A stretch of 64,000 nt of DNA from Candidatus Latescibacterota bacterium (GTDB lineage: Bacteria > Latescibacterota > UBA2968 > GCA-2709665), in NCBI GenBank assembly GCA_965226795.1, contig CBDDDZ010000005.1, positions 1,664,001 through 1,728,000 of the forward strand, in the 5' to 3' direction. Both the position numbers and the translations under genes were made by a program. The notes below the pieces were generated by a model. That model searched no databases. It had not been told where the DNA came from and was given only the letters and a program-made list of their open reading frames with translations. Below are positions 10,190-19,874 of the stretch, piece by piece; the first letter of the stretch is position 1, and each line of letters begins with the position of its first letter.

Positions 10190-11359
10190 CTATGGATCGG
10201 GAGGGGTTGAATAGACCAACTTCAACATCGGATTGTGGAATACGACCCAGTTGACTTCCCAGTTCTGAAGGTCGGCAATCGGGGTGCTCAGCGCGAGGCC
10301 GAGATTAGGCCTCGTCCCCGAGATCCAGCCCTGGACAAGGGTCTGGTCCAGCGCGTAAGACGCCACTTGCCCGTCGAAACCCCAGGTATTGACGAGGGAG
10401 AACGTCGTGTCTTCCGTAGCCGAGTTGATGTTGATGCGTTCGACTGAAAACGTAAACTCGCCGAACATCGATTGCGACCGATCATAGTTCAGCCACAACT
10501 CCGAAGACGTAACCGTCGTCCCCATCGGAATGGTATCGGGCAGATCGAAGCGAAATACGGGGCTTAGACGAACGGTTGTCGCCAGCACCAGCATCCCGGG
10601 TTCGGGGCCGTCCCGCGCCGCCCAGTACGTATCTTCCGATACATCCGCAACGTGTGTGTACGTGTTGCCGTCGACGGAATACGTCAGACGAAGTACAGGC
10701 TGCCTGTTAATGTTTTCAGGCAGTGAATCGTCTCGGGACACCAGACTCGCGAAAAACCGGGTACCCGCGGCAGGCTGCAGAAGCACATCAACGGTTGGGC
10801 TGTCAGGATTCTCCCGTACGGCCGAAGATAAGTACCCTGGCGGGAGATCGATCTGGATCAGGCTGTCCCCCAGCGCCGACGCGGTCGCTCCGTCGATTGC
10901 GGACGACGCGAAATTCACAGCGGTGTGCCTCAGTGTATCTACAAACTCGTCCGCCTCGTTCCATGCCTGTTCCGGACGGTGTACCTGCAGTTCTTCCAGA
11001 CCTCTGGCGGGCTCACGTTTCCAGATCCACATCTGAACGGAGCGAACGTCCAGAGTTTCCCCGGTGGCGCCCGCCGCCGCCGAAACCAAGGAATCGGGAT
11101 CCAAACGAACCCGCATCAGCGACCGAAACACGAGACCGCCCATCCGGCCGACCATCAACTGTTCGTCTTCGCCGAACCCCCGGCTAAAGGTACCCTCAAA
11201 CCGGGTGGAGCCACCCCTTGAAGGCAGAAGCGGAAGTTCCACTACCCGGCCATGTCCACGGGTAACCAGACCGGATCCGACCGGATTCTCCTCGCTATTG
11301 CCGCAGCCTGACAACAGCGCCGCAATCAGCATAGTCGTCCAGAGTCGCTGGCGACCCAT
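10190..11359 (-). CDS. Putative lipoprotein (DUF4270-like, beta-rich)
   Basis: Start moved to ATG 11359 giving MGRQRLW...LLSGC lipobox; GAGG RBS; 'PVLRLTYS' and 'PMLKLVYS' motifs. Confidence 0.65.
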   Translation of the reverse strand: MGRQRLWTTMLIAALLSGCGNSEENPVGSGLVTRGHGRVVELPLLPSRGGSTRFEGTFSRGFGEDEQLMVGRMGGLVFRSLMRVRLDPDSLVSAAAGATGETLDVRSVQMWIWKREPARGLEELQVHRPEQAWNEADEFVDTLRHTAVNFASSAIDGATASALGDSLIQIDLPPGYLSSAVRENPDSPTVDVLLQPAAGTRFFASLVSRDDSLPENINRQPVLRLTYSVDGNTYTHVADVSEDTYWAARDGPEPGMLVLATTVRLSPVFRFDLPDTIPMGTTVTSSELWLNYDRSQSMFGEFTFSVERININSATEDTTFSLVNTWGFDGQVASYALDQTLVQGWISGTRPNLGLALSTPIADLQNWEVNWVVFHNPMLKLVYSTPPDP

Positions 11360-11670
11360 ATTCACACACCTCGCTCTTTTACTCTTCCTCAAAAATGCTG
11401 TTCTCTTCATCCTGTAACGCTTGAGTCGAGGAATCGTTCCTGCCCGAATGCTCCCTGAAGCCGCTGCCTCAGGGATCCTTACCCTTCCTGATGCAATCGG
11501 CCTGGAAACCGGTACCATCGGTTGGGGTTTCAAGTCTGCCACCTTATTCGCCGGAACGATAGACGCGCCTGCCGAACCTCAAATTTATCTCGAAATCCAG
11601 CCCGAATTGCCGGTAGCAACGACGCTTTTTCCTCGCGTGCATTACCGTGTGACTCCTCCACGTCCGCGGA

Positions 11671-12198
11671 TCAATGAATACGTTCGATCAAAATGTCTGC
11701 CTGCTGCTCACCCGCGGCAATCGGATTCTTCACGCACACGCCCTCCATATCGCCGGGTTGTGCGCCTACGAAACCATCCCGGTCGATTTTGGCCACCATA
11801 TACATCTCGGGGATGTCCGCGAGTACGATTCCGTCTCCGAACATCCGTGCGACGTCGGCTTGTGTGAGGGTATACTGGTACGGAAACGCCGGTACGCGGA
11901 TGCGTTTGAGGGCGTACGGCGGGCCTCCGTCGGCCCGCTCTCGCGCAATGATGAACAGATAGGCGCCGTCTGGAATACTGGCCTGCAGCTCTCGCCTGAT
12001 CCGAATGGTGCCGCGTACGGTTTTTCCGACGATTTCCTCGGATGGCCTTCGGTCAGTCGCGACGGGAGGATGCCCCGCCGGCAGGGCTGGCCGCTGCGGC
12101 TTCGGCCGCGGATGCGCGCCTTCCTTGTAGTGCTGATCGCAAGCACAGATAAGCAGAAGCCCTACCAAAGCACTCAGGAAACGTACGATAGACATCAT
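11671..12198 (-). CDS. Lipoprotein with CcmI/CycH C-terminal-like domain
   Basis: Lipobox ICAC, 'LPAGHPPV' motif, 'LFIIAR...GPPYALKRI...FPYQYTLTQAD'. Confidence 0.65.
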   Translation of the reverse strand: MMSIVRFLSALVGLLLICACDQHYKEGAHPRPKPQRPALPAGHPPVATDRRPSEEIVGKTVRGTIRIRRELQASIPDGAYLFIIARERADGGPPYALKRIRVPAFPYQYTLTQADVARMFGDGIVLADIPEMYMVAKIDRDGFVGAQPGDMEGVCVKNPIAAGEQQADILIERIH

Positions 12199-12270
12199 GC
12201 GTCAATGTCGAACAAAAAAAGGACCGGATTCCCACAAGCCGGACCCGATTTGCCCAATGTAATTTGCGAT

Positions 12271-13050
12271 CTAATGGGCGAACTCCCCTTCGAAGATTTC
12301 CTCTTCGGTCATGGTCAGAAGCGCCGGTTCGTCATCGGTGACCGCCACGACATGCTCAAAATGCGCCGAAGGCAATCCATCTTTGGCAGACGCCGTCCAT
12401 CCGTCGGCGGCGAGTACGACCTCCGGCCTTCCCTGGTTCACCATCGGCTCAATCGCAATTACGATTCCCCGCCGCAGCCGTGGATTCTTTACCAGTGGCA
12501 CATAGTTCGGCACTGCCGGGTCTTCGTGCAGCCTGCGTCCGATACCGTGCCCCACAAATTGGCGAACAACCGAAAAGCCATGCGACTCCGCCCACTGCTG
12601 AATGGACCCGCATACGTCCTCCAACCGTCGGCCTTCCTGCGCCCCTTCGATGCCCCTGAACAGAGACTCCCGTGTAACCGTTATCAACTTCCGAACCTCG
12701 GATGTCACGTCGCCTACCGCAAATGAGATCGCCTGGTCTCCGTAATATCCCCGTAACCTGGCGCCTATATCGATGCTTACGAGATCTCCTTCACGCAGTA
12801 CACGGTCTCCAGGGATCCCATGCACGACCTGTTCGTTGATTGAGATACAGGTGGCCGCAGGATACCCGTGGTATCCCTTAAATGCCGGAGAAGCGCCGTG
12901 GTCGCGAATAATTTCCTCCGCGATCCTGTCCAGTCCGGACGTCGGGATTCCTGGTCGAACCCACTCCCGAAGGGCCCGATGTGCAAGCCCGACGATCCGA
13001 CAGGCGTCCCGGATTCTCTCCAGTTCCCGTTCCGAGCGAAGCGTGATCAA
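12271..13050 (-). CDS. map: Type I methionyl aminopeptidase
   Basis: CISINEQVVHGIP, D..D, GHGIG..LHEDP, IEPM, SAHFEH. Confidence 0.97.
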   Translation of the reverse strand: MITLRSERELERIRDACRIVGLAHRALREWVRPGIPTSGLDRIAEEIIRDHGASPAFKGYHGYPAATCISINEQVVHGIPGDRVLREGDLVSIDIGARLRGYYGDQAISFAVGDVTSEVRKLITVTRESLFRGIEGAQEGRRLEDVCGSIQQWAESHGFSVVRQFVGHGIGRRLHEDPAVPNYVPLVKNPRLRRGIVIAIEPMVNQGRPEVVLAADGWTASAKDGLPSAHFEHVVAVTDDEPALLTMTEEEIFEGEFAH

Positions 13051-13171
13051 ACTGTCACCTGTGACCGATGTGGACGAGGGTAGTGGCTCACGGGATGTAA
13101 TTTAACAAAAGGTGGTATAAAAACAAGCACTAAAGGATTTCCATGCTGATGGACTGTATACGACGCGGCGA

Positions 13172-15604
13172 TCATGGGAGGCCGAAATGAGCCGCAAATA
13201 TGAGGAAGTCCTGAAAGTCGACAAGACCCGTACCGTCCAGATCGTATTTCGGGCTCTCCGTACCAAACGCCCCGGCGAAGGCAATGAAATCGGCGAAATT
13301 GACGGCGCCGTCGTTGTCGAAATCCCCCTTCAACGTCTTGCTAACGGTCCATTTCCGTTCAACCGACTTCTGGCCTGCGGACACGAGGACGGCGACCTCC
13401 TCATCCGCGTCGGTGGTGGAAACCGCGACGAGGAGAGACGAGCCCTTCTCATTTACGGGAACGCCGTTGACCGACCAGGCGTAACTCAACACATCCCCGT
13501 CCGGGTCCTGAGCCTTCACCGAAAACCGAATCGTTTCCCCCGGTGCGCCGAATACCAGCCCGTGATGTGGATCGACTTCCCGAATCACGGGCGGCCGGTC
13601 GACATTCGTCACACGGATGCTCACCCTGACCCGTACCAGGTTTGTACCGTCGCTGACCTGGAATTGTACATCGTAGTTGCGGCCGCCCTGATCGTATCGA
13701 GGCGTCCAGATGAAGTGGTTCTGATTCAGCTTCGCACCATCCGGCAGGTTTGCAGCAGTAAAGACAAGATCGTCGCCATCTTCGTCCTCTGCATTTATGG
13801 ATATTGCCAGTGGCTGCCCTTCTCCAATTGTGGTATCGGCAATCCCTTCGACCACCGGCGGCAGGTTCCCCGATACGGTCTCACCGAAGACCACCCAGGC
13901 GACCGAAGGCGTCGTGCCTGTCGCCGTGGCGGACACCTCCACAACTGTCGTTCCGTCTCCCACCGCCCGGATTTCGATCGAATCCGCCTCCGTTGTAAAG
14001 GACGAGAGGTCGACATGCCCTGGCACGGCGATGGCCATGTCGCCGCTGGCGCGCGCAACAGTCCACGTGACCGGACTGCCGGCAGCCCCGCCGGCACGCG
14101 CGGTCGCCCGGTCTGCGTGTACGCCAAGTCGTATGAAGGGACCCCGGCTGTCGTTCACCGACAGTCGTAGCGGTCTGGTCTTTCCATCCACCGATTCCAC
14201 TGTCGAAATCCTATAGTCGTAGTCGAAATCCTGCCCTTCCAGGGCGTCTGAGATGGTCATAAACACGATATTATCGTATTGACCCGCGTTCGGGATATCC
14301 ACACTGGAACCCGGCGTGCGCAGCAGACCAACCCCATTGGTATCGATTAGCATTGCCCAGAGCTGCCAGCTTCCCTCGCCGGCCAGGGCAAAATCGGCTC
14401 GCAGGCCGCCCTGAAGCCCCTTCGTCAACACCTGAATGTAGTCCGATGCCAGATGATCCACCATCCCCGAACCGGATTCCTGGCCGCCCGCTGTCGGTGC
14501 GACTGTTCTGACCGAAGCCGCGGGCTGATAAAATACGCCCTCGTCGTAAAACCCGTCCCGGTATCGGTTTCCCGTGAAATAGTTCCAGGTGACGTAACCG
14601 GGCAGCGTCCCCGAAAAGCCGCCGGTTGGCATTGTCGGATCCAGTTTCTCGATACCGTACAAAGTGGAATTCCGTTCGCCCAGCCCCTCCCACGTCTCCC
14701 GGATAGTGCTTCTTCCAAAGGCCTGATCCAGGAAATGGACGTACACGCACGCTCCGTACTGATGCTCGTCTTGCAAGCTGGGCTGCGAGTCCAAGGCAAC
14801 GGTGGGCGAATCCAGAACGAACCGGGTGTATTGGAAATAATCGTTCACATCGTCGTACGCCACATCTTCCATCCAGGTCGCCGTGGCTTCATGCCACCAG
14901 GTTAAACTCTGGGCATTGTAAGCAAACTGGATCGCGTGGAAAAACTCGTGCGCGACGGTCACGCGAAGCCCATCCAGCCCTCGGGTTGCGTAAATTCGAT
15001 CCGTGAAGTTGTTGTCGACCGTTATATAGGCGGCCGTCACGGGATCCTCGAGACTGTTGGGCCAGGTCTGCCCGTACACACTTCTAGCGCCCAGCTGCTG
15101 AATATAGACATCGAACAGACCGTCGCCGTCATCCAGCGGCACACGGTAACCGAGGTCGCCGGTCTGCAGCGCCCAGACGGCATCGAACGTGCCAGCTACC
15201 TCCTCCACGTAATCCGGAACCCGATTCCGGTCGGCGTCGGCCGGCGCCACAGCATGCGGTCCCCGCGAGTCGTAGTGGACGCGGAAATTTCCACCGGGAG
15301 AGATAACGCTGTCCTGCATCGCGGGTCTTTGAAACAAATGAGCGAACGTCTGTTGTGTCTTCTTGCTCAACCTGGGCCACTGGGTGGCCAGGCTCATGAT
15401 GACCGGTGTTCCACAAACCGCGCGGTCGTGGATATAGGGACTGTCCGCCGGAAGCAGATCAGATCTGAATATCGCGGCCGCCCGGTAAAAGAGCTCGGCC
15501 TCCAATTCACGCGGCAACGGAGACAGATCGGGCGGCGCCTCGGCGTATGCCTCGACCCCGCCCATGAGGATTGTGAATATGAAGAAACGAGTTGGCAAAG
15601 TCAT
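13172..15604 (-). CDS. Secreted zinc metalloprotease (MXAN_6640-like) with Ig/cadherin-like domains and C-terminal EF-hand/dockerin-like tail
   Basis: Signal peptide, FRVHY, AHEFFHAIQ plus downstream EATATWME, Ig-like 'DEDGDDLVF', C-terminal paired DxDxDG loops. Confidence 0.8.
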   Translation of the reverse strand: MTLPTRFFIFTILMGGVEAYAEAPPDLSPLPRELEAELFYRAAAIFRSDLLPADSPYIHDRAVCGTPVIMSLATQWPRLSKKTQQTFAHLFQRPAMQDSVISPGGNFRVHYDSRGPHAVAPADADRNRVPDYVEEVAGTFDAVWALQTGDLGYRVPLDDGDGLFDVYIQQLGARSVYGQTWPNSLEDPVTAAYITVDNNFTDRIYATRGLDGLRVTVAHEFFHAIQFAYNAQSLTWWHEATATWMEDVAYDDVNDYFQYTRFVLDSPTVALDSQPSLQDEHQYGACVYVHFLDQAFGRSTIRETWEGLGERNSTLYGIEKLDPTMPTGGFSGTLPGYVTWNYFTGNRYRDGFYDEGVFYQPAASVRTVAPTAGGQESGSGMVDHLASDYIQVLTKGLQGGLRADFALAGEGSWQLWAMLIDTNGVGLLRTPGSSVDIPNAGQYDNIVFMTISDALEGQDFDYDYRISTVESVDGKTRPLRLSVNDSRGPFIRLGVHADRATARAGGAAGSPVTWTVARASGDMAIAVPGHVDLSSFTTEADSIEIRAVGDGTTVVEVSATATGTTPSVAWVVFGETVSGNLPPVVEGIADTTIGEGQPLAISINAEDEDGDDLVFTAANLPDGAKLNQNHFIWTPRYDQGGRNYDVQFQVSDGTNLVRVRVSIRVTNVDRPPVIREVDPHHGLVFGAPGETIRFSVKAQDPDGDVLSYAWSVNGVPVNEKGSSLLVAVSTTDADEEVAVLVSAGQKSVERKWTVSKTLKGDFDNDGAVNFADFIAFAGAFGTESPKYDLDGTGLVDFQDFLIFAAHFGLP

Positions 15605-15674
15605 AATTAATTCGCCCTTTACCCACCGGCACACCGACACATAACGACACAGCGACGGCGGTGTAATCGGGGAA

Positions 15675-16352
15675 TCACGTACCCTGTTCCGTGACGGTCA
15701 CGTAAATGCTATCCGACACGCTGACGCCCACCACGTGTTGCGTGTTGCCTTCCGTTGCAATGGTCATCGGGCCGTCAAACGGCGCTTTCTCCTGAACGAC
15801 CAGCGTCACGCCCGGCCGTAGTCCCAGCGCGCCCAAATACCTGAGCATTTCAGGGCTCTGGTCGTTCACCTGAACAATCACCACCGTTTCTCTGGGCTTC
15901 ACCTCGGTCAGACGCACGCAATCCGTAGCTTCAATATTTCCATCTTTCGTCGGAATTGGCGCACCGTGCGGATCGGTGGTGGGATGCCCTAGTACTCTGT
16001 CGATCTTGTCCTCGAATTCTTCCGAAATCACATGCTCCAGTCTGTCTGCCTCAGCGTCGACTTCATCCCAGTCGTAGCCCAATGCGTCGGCGAGGTACAG
16101 TTCGAGAAGTCGGTGATGCCTCAAGACTTCCAGGGCAACGGCTTCTCCGGCTGGCGTGAGTTCGACACCCTGGTAGGGCGTGTGCTGAACCAGGTTCATT
16201 TCGGCAAGCTTCTTAACCATATTTGTCACGGAAGCTGCTGCGACCTCCATCTGCTCCGCAACCAGCGATGTATTCACGGTAGCCCGTGGCTCAAGCCCGT
16301 ACTGCAACTTGTAGATGGACTTAAGATATTCCTGTGCGGCCTGACTAAGCAT
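15675..16352 (-). CDS. DtxR/MntR/IdeR-family metal-dependent repressor with FeoA/SH3 domain
   Basis: QEYLKSIY, SVTNMVKKL, RHHRLLELYL, EADRLEH, DPHGAPIP. Confidence 0.93.
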   Translation of the reverse strand: MLSQAAQEYLKSIYKLQYGLEPRATVNTSLVAEQMEVAAASVTNMVKKLAEMNLVQHTPYQGVELTPAGEAVALEVLRHHRLLELYLADALGYDWDEVDAEADRLEHVISEEFEDKIDRVLGHPTTDPHGAPIPTKDGNIEATDCVRLTEVKPRETVVIVQVNDQSPEMLRYLGALGLRPGVTLVVQEKAPFDGPMTIATEGNTQHVVGVSVSDSIYVTVTEQGT

Positions 16353-16464
16353 GTGTTTCCTTTGGCTGGTGATCCTACGCGGATAACTGGAATCGAGCGG
16401 CAACACGGGCAACGACATCAAAGCACCACGTTGCGCAGAAAACCAAACGAGTCCTGAACTGCCC

Positions 16465-17901
16465 TCACGCGGAAACCAACCGCCATATCTGCGCCACGAG
16501 AAAGCAAAACAGGAAACCCATTGCAACGGGAAGAAGCGACGAAACCAACGTCCATTTAGCGCTTCTGGTTTCCTTCCAGATTGTATATATCGTGGTCGAA
16601 CAAGGGTTATGCACCAGACTGAACAACATCAAATTGACCGCGGTGAGCAGATTCCATCCGCCGGAGTCGAAGATCTGGGCGACCGCCGCGTCGGAATCCA
16701 GTTCAAACATCACGCCGGCGCCTTCACCCAGCCCGGTCAATCCGGCGCTCAATACCGTCAACATCAGAATGGTGGGAATCACGATTTCGTTCGCCGGGAT
16801 TGCAATTACGTAGGCCAGCAGAATCACGCCGTTTAGTCCAACAACCAGACCAAAGGGCTGGCTCCAGTTGATAAAATGCTCCGCCAGGCTGAGCCGTCCA
16901 ATAAGGATATTGGAACTCAGCCAGATCACGGCGCCGGCGGGAATTGCGAAGATCAAGGCACGCCAGAGCACAATCAGGGTTCTGTCGATGATGGATGTAT
17001 AAACGGTCTGCAACACGCGGGGCGGCCGATACGGTGGGAGTTCCAGGCTGAACGCGGATGCTTCTCCCCGCAGAACCGAGCGGGAAAGCCCCCACGAGAC
17101 AACAAACGTGAGCATTATGCCAAGAACCGCAACGCCCACGACTGCTCCGGCCGAAACCAATCCCGCGAAATGAGCCGGCGCCAAACCGCCTATAAATATC
17201 GTGGCCACCAATATCTGGGTGGGCCACCGTCCGTTACAAAGTGAGAAGTTGTTGGTTATGATTGCAATCAGGCGTTCTCTGGGACTATCGATGACCCGGG
17301 TGGACACAATCGCCGCCGCATTGCAGCCGAATCCCATACTCATCGTCAACGCCTGTTTTCCATGTGCGCCTGCTCTTTTGAACCACTGGTCCAGATTGAA
17401 CGCGACCCTGGGCAAATAACCGAAGTCCTCCAGAAGCGTAAACAACGGAAAGAAAATCGCCATGGGCGGTAACATGACGCTCACTACCCATGCCATTGCC
17501 AGGTACATGCCATCCATCAGAAGGCCATTGAGCCACCACGGCATTCCAATTGCCGCGGCCATCGATTTCAACATCGGGTGAATGGTGTCTACCAATAGGT
17601 CCGCCAGCAACGCGGACGGTACGTTTGCGCCTTCAATGGTAAGCCAGAATATCAGTGTCAGGATGGCCAACATCATGGGGAAACCCAGCCAGCGGCTGGT
17701 TACCAGACGGTCGATCGTCCGGTCCAGATCGAACCGTGCCGCATCTCCGGTTCTGGTGACGGCGCGGTCGGCAATTTGGGCAGCGTTGGCATACATCGTC
17801 TCCATTAAGGAATCATGGAAATTGGACCCCGCTTCCCATCGCAGTTTTGCGGCCAATCGAATCAACTCCTCGGGGCGCTGATCTGCCGTTGGATCGTTCA
17901 T
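16465..17901 (-). CDS. FeoB membrane part (gate/nucleoside-recognition domains) of split FeoB
   Basis: [36 protein letters not shown]; no G-domain; own RBS; ATGA overlap with upstream gene. Confidence 0.88.
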   Translation of the reverse strand: MNDPTADQRPEELIRLAAKLRWEAGSNFHDSLMETMYANAAQIADRAVTRTGDAARFDLDRTIDRLVTSRWLGFPMMLAILTLIFWLTIEGANVPSALLADLLVDTIHPMLKSMAAAIGMPWWLNGLLMDGMYLAMAWVVSVMLPPMAIFFPLFTLLEDFGYLPRVAFNLDQWFKRAGAHGKQALTMSMGFGCNAAAIVSTRVIDSPRERLIAIITNNFSLCNGRWPTQILVATIFIGGLAPAHFAGLVSAGAVVGVAVLGIMLTFVVSWGLSRSVLRGEASAFSLELPPYRPPRVLQTVYTSIIDRTLIVLWRALIFAIPAGAVIWLSSNILIGRLSLAEHFINWSQPFGLVVGLNGVILLAYVIAIPANEIVIPTILMLTVLSAGLTGLGEGAGVMFELDSDAAVAQIFDSGGWNLLTAVNLMLFSLVHNPCSTTIYTIWKETRSAKWTLVSSLLPVAMGFLFCFLVAQIWRLVSA

Positions 17902-18707
17902 GCGATCGCCCTCCCTTCGTGCCCGGGGATTCGGTTCAGATCTCCCAGTTCTCCTGAACAAACCGCCTCTATGATTCGCGTGTCGCCGTCGAGCAGCCGA
18001 AGCGCCACCCAGCGGGCATTCGGGACGTTGGGAAATGCCGCCTCCAGCTGCGCCACGAGCATGCCGACGGCCTGCTTCAGCGCCGGCGGCTCGTTGCGGA
18101 TGCGCTGCGACCTGCAGACCGTCCGGCCAGTAGCCACGTCACTCAATACTCGGGTCAACTCTGGAATGCCCTCGCCGCGGCGGGCCGCCGATGGTACCAC
18201 AGGGACGCCAAGATCCCGTGCCAGTCGTCGTTCATCCACGGAAAGCCCATGACGTTTGGCCTCGTCCATCAGATTCAGACAAACCACCGCCCGGTCGGTT
18301 ATCTCCAGTACCTGCAGGACGAGGTTCAGATTCCGCTCCAGACGCGCGGCGTCGACCACGACCACCGTGACGTCCGGCCGGCCGAAAAGGATAAAATCCC
18401 GCGCCACCTCTTCGTCCAGACTGGTGGACAAAAGAGAATACGTTCCCGGAAGATCCACGAGCTTGTACCGATGGCCGTCGAATGCGAAACCGCCTTCCGC
18501 CCGCGCCACGGTCTTGCCCGGCCAGTTTCCGGTATGCTGCCGTAATCCCGTCAGGGCATTGAATACCGTACTTTTGCCTGTATTCGGATTTCCGGCCAGC
18601 GCCACCACAAAGTCCCAGTTTGCCATATTCACGCCGAGTTTGATCAGGTTGTCCGAATGATGGGAAGGACAAGCGTCGCAACCTCCGGCGGATGTCTGTG
18701 TTTCCAT
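17898..18707 (-). CDS. Stand-alone FeoB small GTPase domain protein
   Basis: G1 GNPNTGKS, G2 NWPGKT, G3 DLPG, G4 NLMD; N-terminal CDACPSHH. Confidence 0.9.
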   Translation of the reverse strand: METQTSAGGCDACPSHHSDNLIKLGVNMANWDFVVALAGNPNTGKSTVFNALTGLRQHTGNWPGKTVARAEGGFAFDGHRYKLVDLPGTYSLLSTSLDEEVARDFILFGRPDVTVVVVDAARLERNLNLVLQVLEITDRAVVCLNLMDEAKRHGLSVDERRLARDLGVPVVPSAARRGEGIPELTRVLSDVATGRTVCRSQRIRNEPPALKQAVGMLVAQLEAAFPNVPNARWVALRLLDGDTRIIEAVCSGELGDLNRIPGHEGRAIA

Positions 18708-18759
18708 TTTAGATCCTTTGTCCAATCCTGCGTGTGAGAGAAAAGGAGGTGACTGCCCA

Positions 18760-19785
18760 TCACTCCCCGAGTTGAACTTGAATCTGGACCTGACTTGCCT
18801 GTTCCCTTCGAAGCGCAATGGTGGAACCGCGTATCCGATATGCGGTGGGATCGCCTGAAGGGCTGCGCATCTCCACCTCGATAAGGGTACCTGGCAGGAT
18901 GCCCAGATCCATCAGCCGGCGCCGTTCCAGACCGCGGCAGGATCTGGAGAGCTGCACGACCCGGCCAATTTCGCCCTGTTTGAGTCCGGACAGCATTTCG
19001 TCGGACGCTTCGGCCACCGATCCGTTGGATACTGCCGCGACCGAAATATGGTCGGCCAGCAACGGGGCGAGTACATGATCTTCTCCATCCGCCCAGAAAC
19101 GCACACGTTGCGGAAGGACCTCGATCAGCTCGATCCGCATCCCCACGTGGAGACCTTCCGCCGCCAACTGCGCATAAACCGGCTCCGGCTCGTCTTCAAT
19201 ATGCACAATTACCGCGGCAACACCAGCCGGGTGATCCGTGAGATGCGTTCCCCGTCTGGGCGCGATATCTCCGGCCTCGGTGGGTATTGGATCCCCGTGC
19301 GGGTCGTAAACGGGATACCCCATCTGCCGGTCCAGCAGTTCCACCTCCTCGGAAGACATATCGTGCTCCCGACGTTCCGCCTCGCTGTGCCACTCCGCCT
19401 CCGCCACACCGGTCTCTTCGGCCAGATAGTGCTCCCAAAGCCGGTGAAATCTCAGTATGCGAAGCGCGTAATCCCGGCCCTGCATTGTAAGTCTGACGCT
19501 GCCCCCGTCGGAAGCTGTCAGTCCACGAACACCCGCACGTACCAGCAAGTCAGACGCGCGGCTGCGTGGAATCCCCAGCGCCCCCGAAAGGCTTTCCACC
19601 GTTGCGACCTGTTGTTGATATTCGCAGTTATAGATATGCTTGAGCAGATCTTCCGTCAGCACGCGTTCGGTCAGTCGTCGGGCTTGCCGCCAGCGCCAGA
19701 AATAACCCGAGTCCGGCCGGAACAGAAGCCACACAATTGCCAGAATCACGCCTGTGCCGAGCAGCGCCTGAAAGGGTTCAATCAT
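18760..19785 (-). CDS. DtxR-family protein with N-terminal TM helix and two FeoA domains
   Basis: Hydrophobic N-terminus, EDLLKHIY, RFHRLWEHYL, EAERREH, DPHGDPIP; C-terminal RRLMDLGILPG...SPSGDP...IALR. Confidence 0.88.
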   Translation of the reverse strand: MIEPFQALLGTGVILAIVWLLFRPDSGYFWRWRQARRLTERVLTEDLLKHIYNCEYQQQVATVESLSGALGIPRSRASDLLVRAGVRGLTASDGGSVRLTMQGRDYALRILRFHRLWEHYLAEETGVAEAEWHSEAERREHDMSSEEVELLDRQMGYPVYDPHGDPIPTEAGDIAPRRGTHLTDHPAGVAAVIVHIEDEPEPVYAQLAAEGLHVGMRIELIEVLPQRVRFWADGEDHVLAPLLADHISVAAVSNGSVAEASDEMLSGLKQGEIGRVVQLSRSCRGLERRRLMDLGILPGTLIEVEMRSPSGDPTAYRIRGSTIALRREQASQVQIQVQLGE

Positions 19786-19832
19786 TTCACTTTCCTTTCA
19801 CCAAGCCTGGTTTCATAAAGAAAAATAATTAA

Positions 19833-19874
19833 TTAGCCGCATCTAAATATAAAATAACAAACCGGCATTGTCAA
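19833..19874 (-). promoter_or_regulatory. Sigma-70 promoter with overlapping DtxR/MntR-type operator
   Basis: Minus strand TTGACA(19874-19869)-N17-TATATT(19851-19846); palindrome TTAG-CCGCAT-CTAA at 19833-19846. Confidence 0.8.

Noticed and set aside
11433..11560. Assignment of the structured element to 6S, SRP, TPP or c-di-AMP families
   Set aside because: Only fragmentary motif resemblance and no canonical order of conserved elements; kept as an unassigned candidate.
11674..12726. Long antisense or overlapping ORFs in the ORF track (e.g. 11674..12726, 13187..14170, 27567..28550, 36195..37163)
   Set aside because: They are shadow frames opposite well-supported genes in GC-rich DNA, with no motifs.
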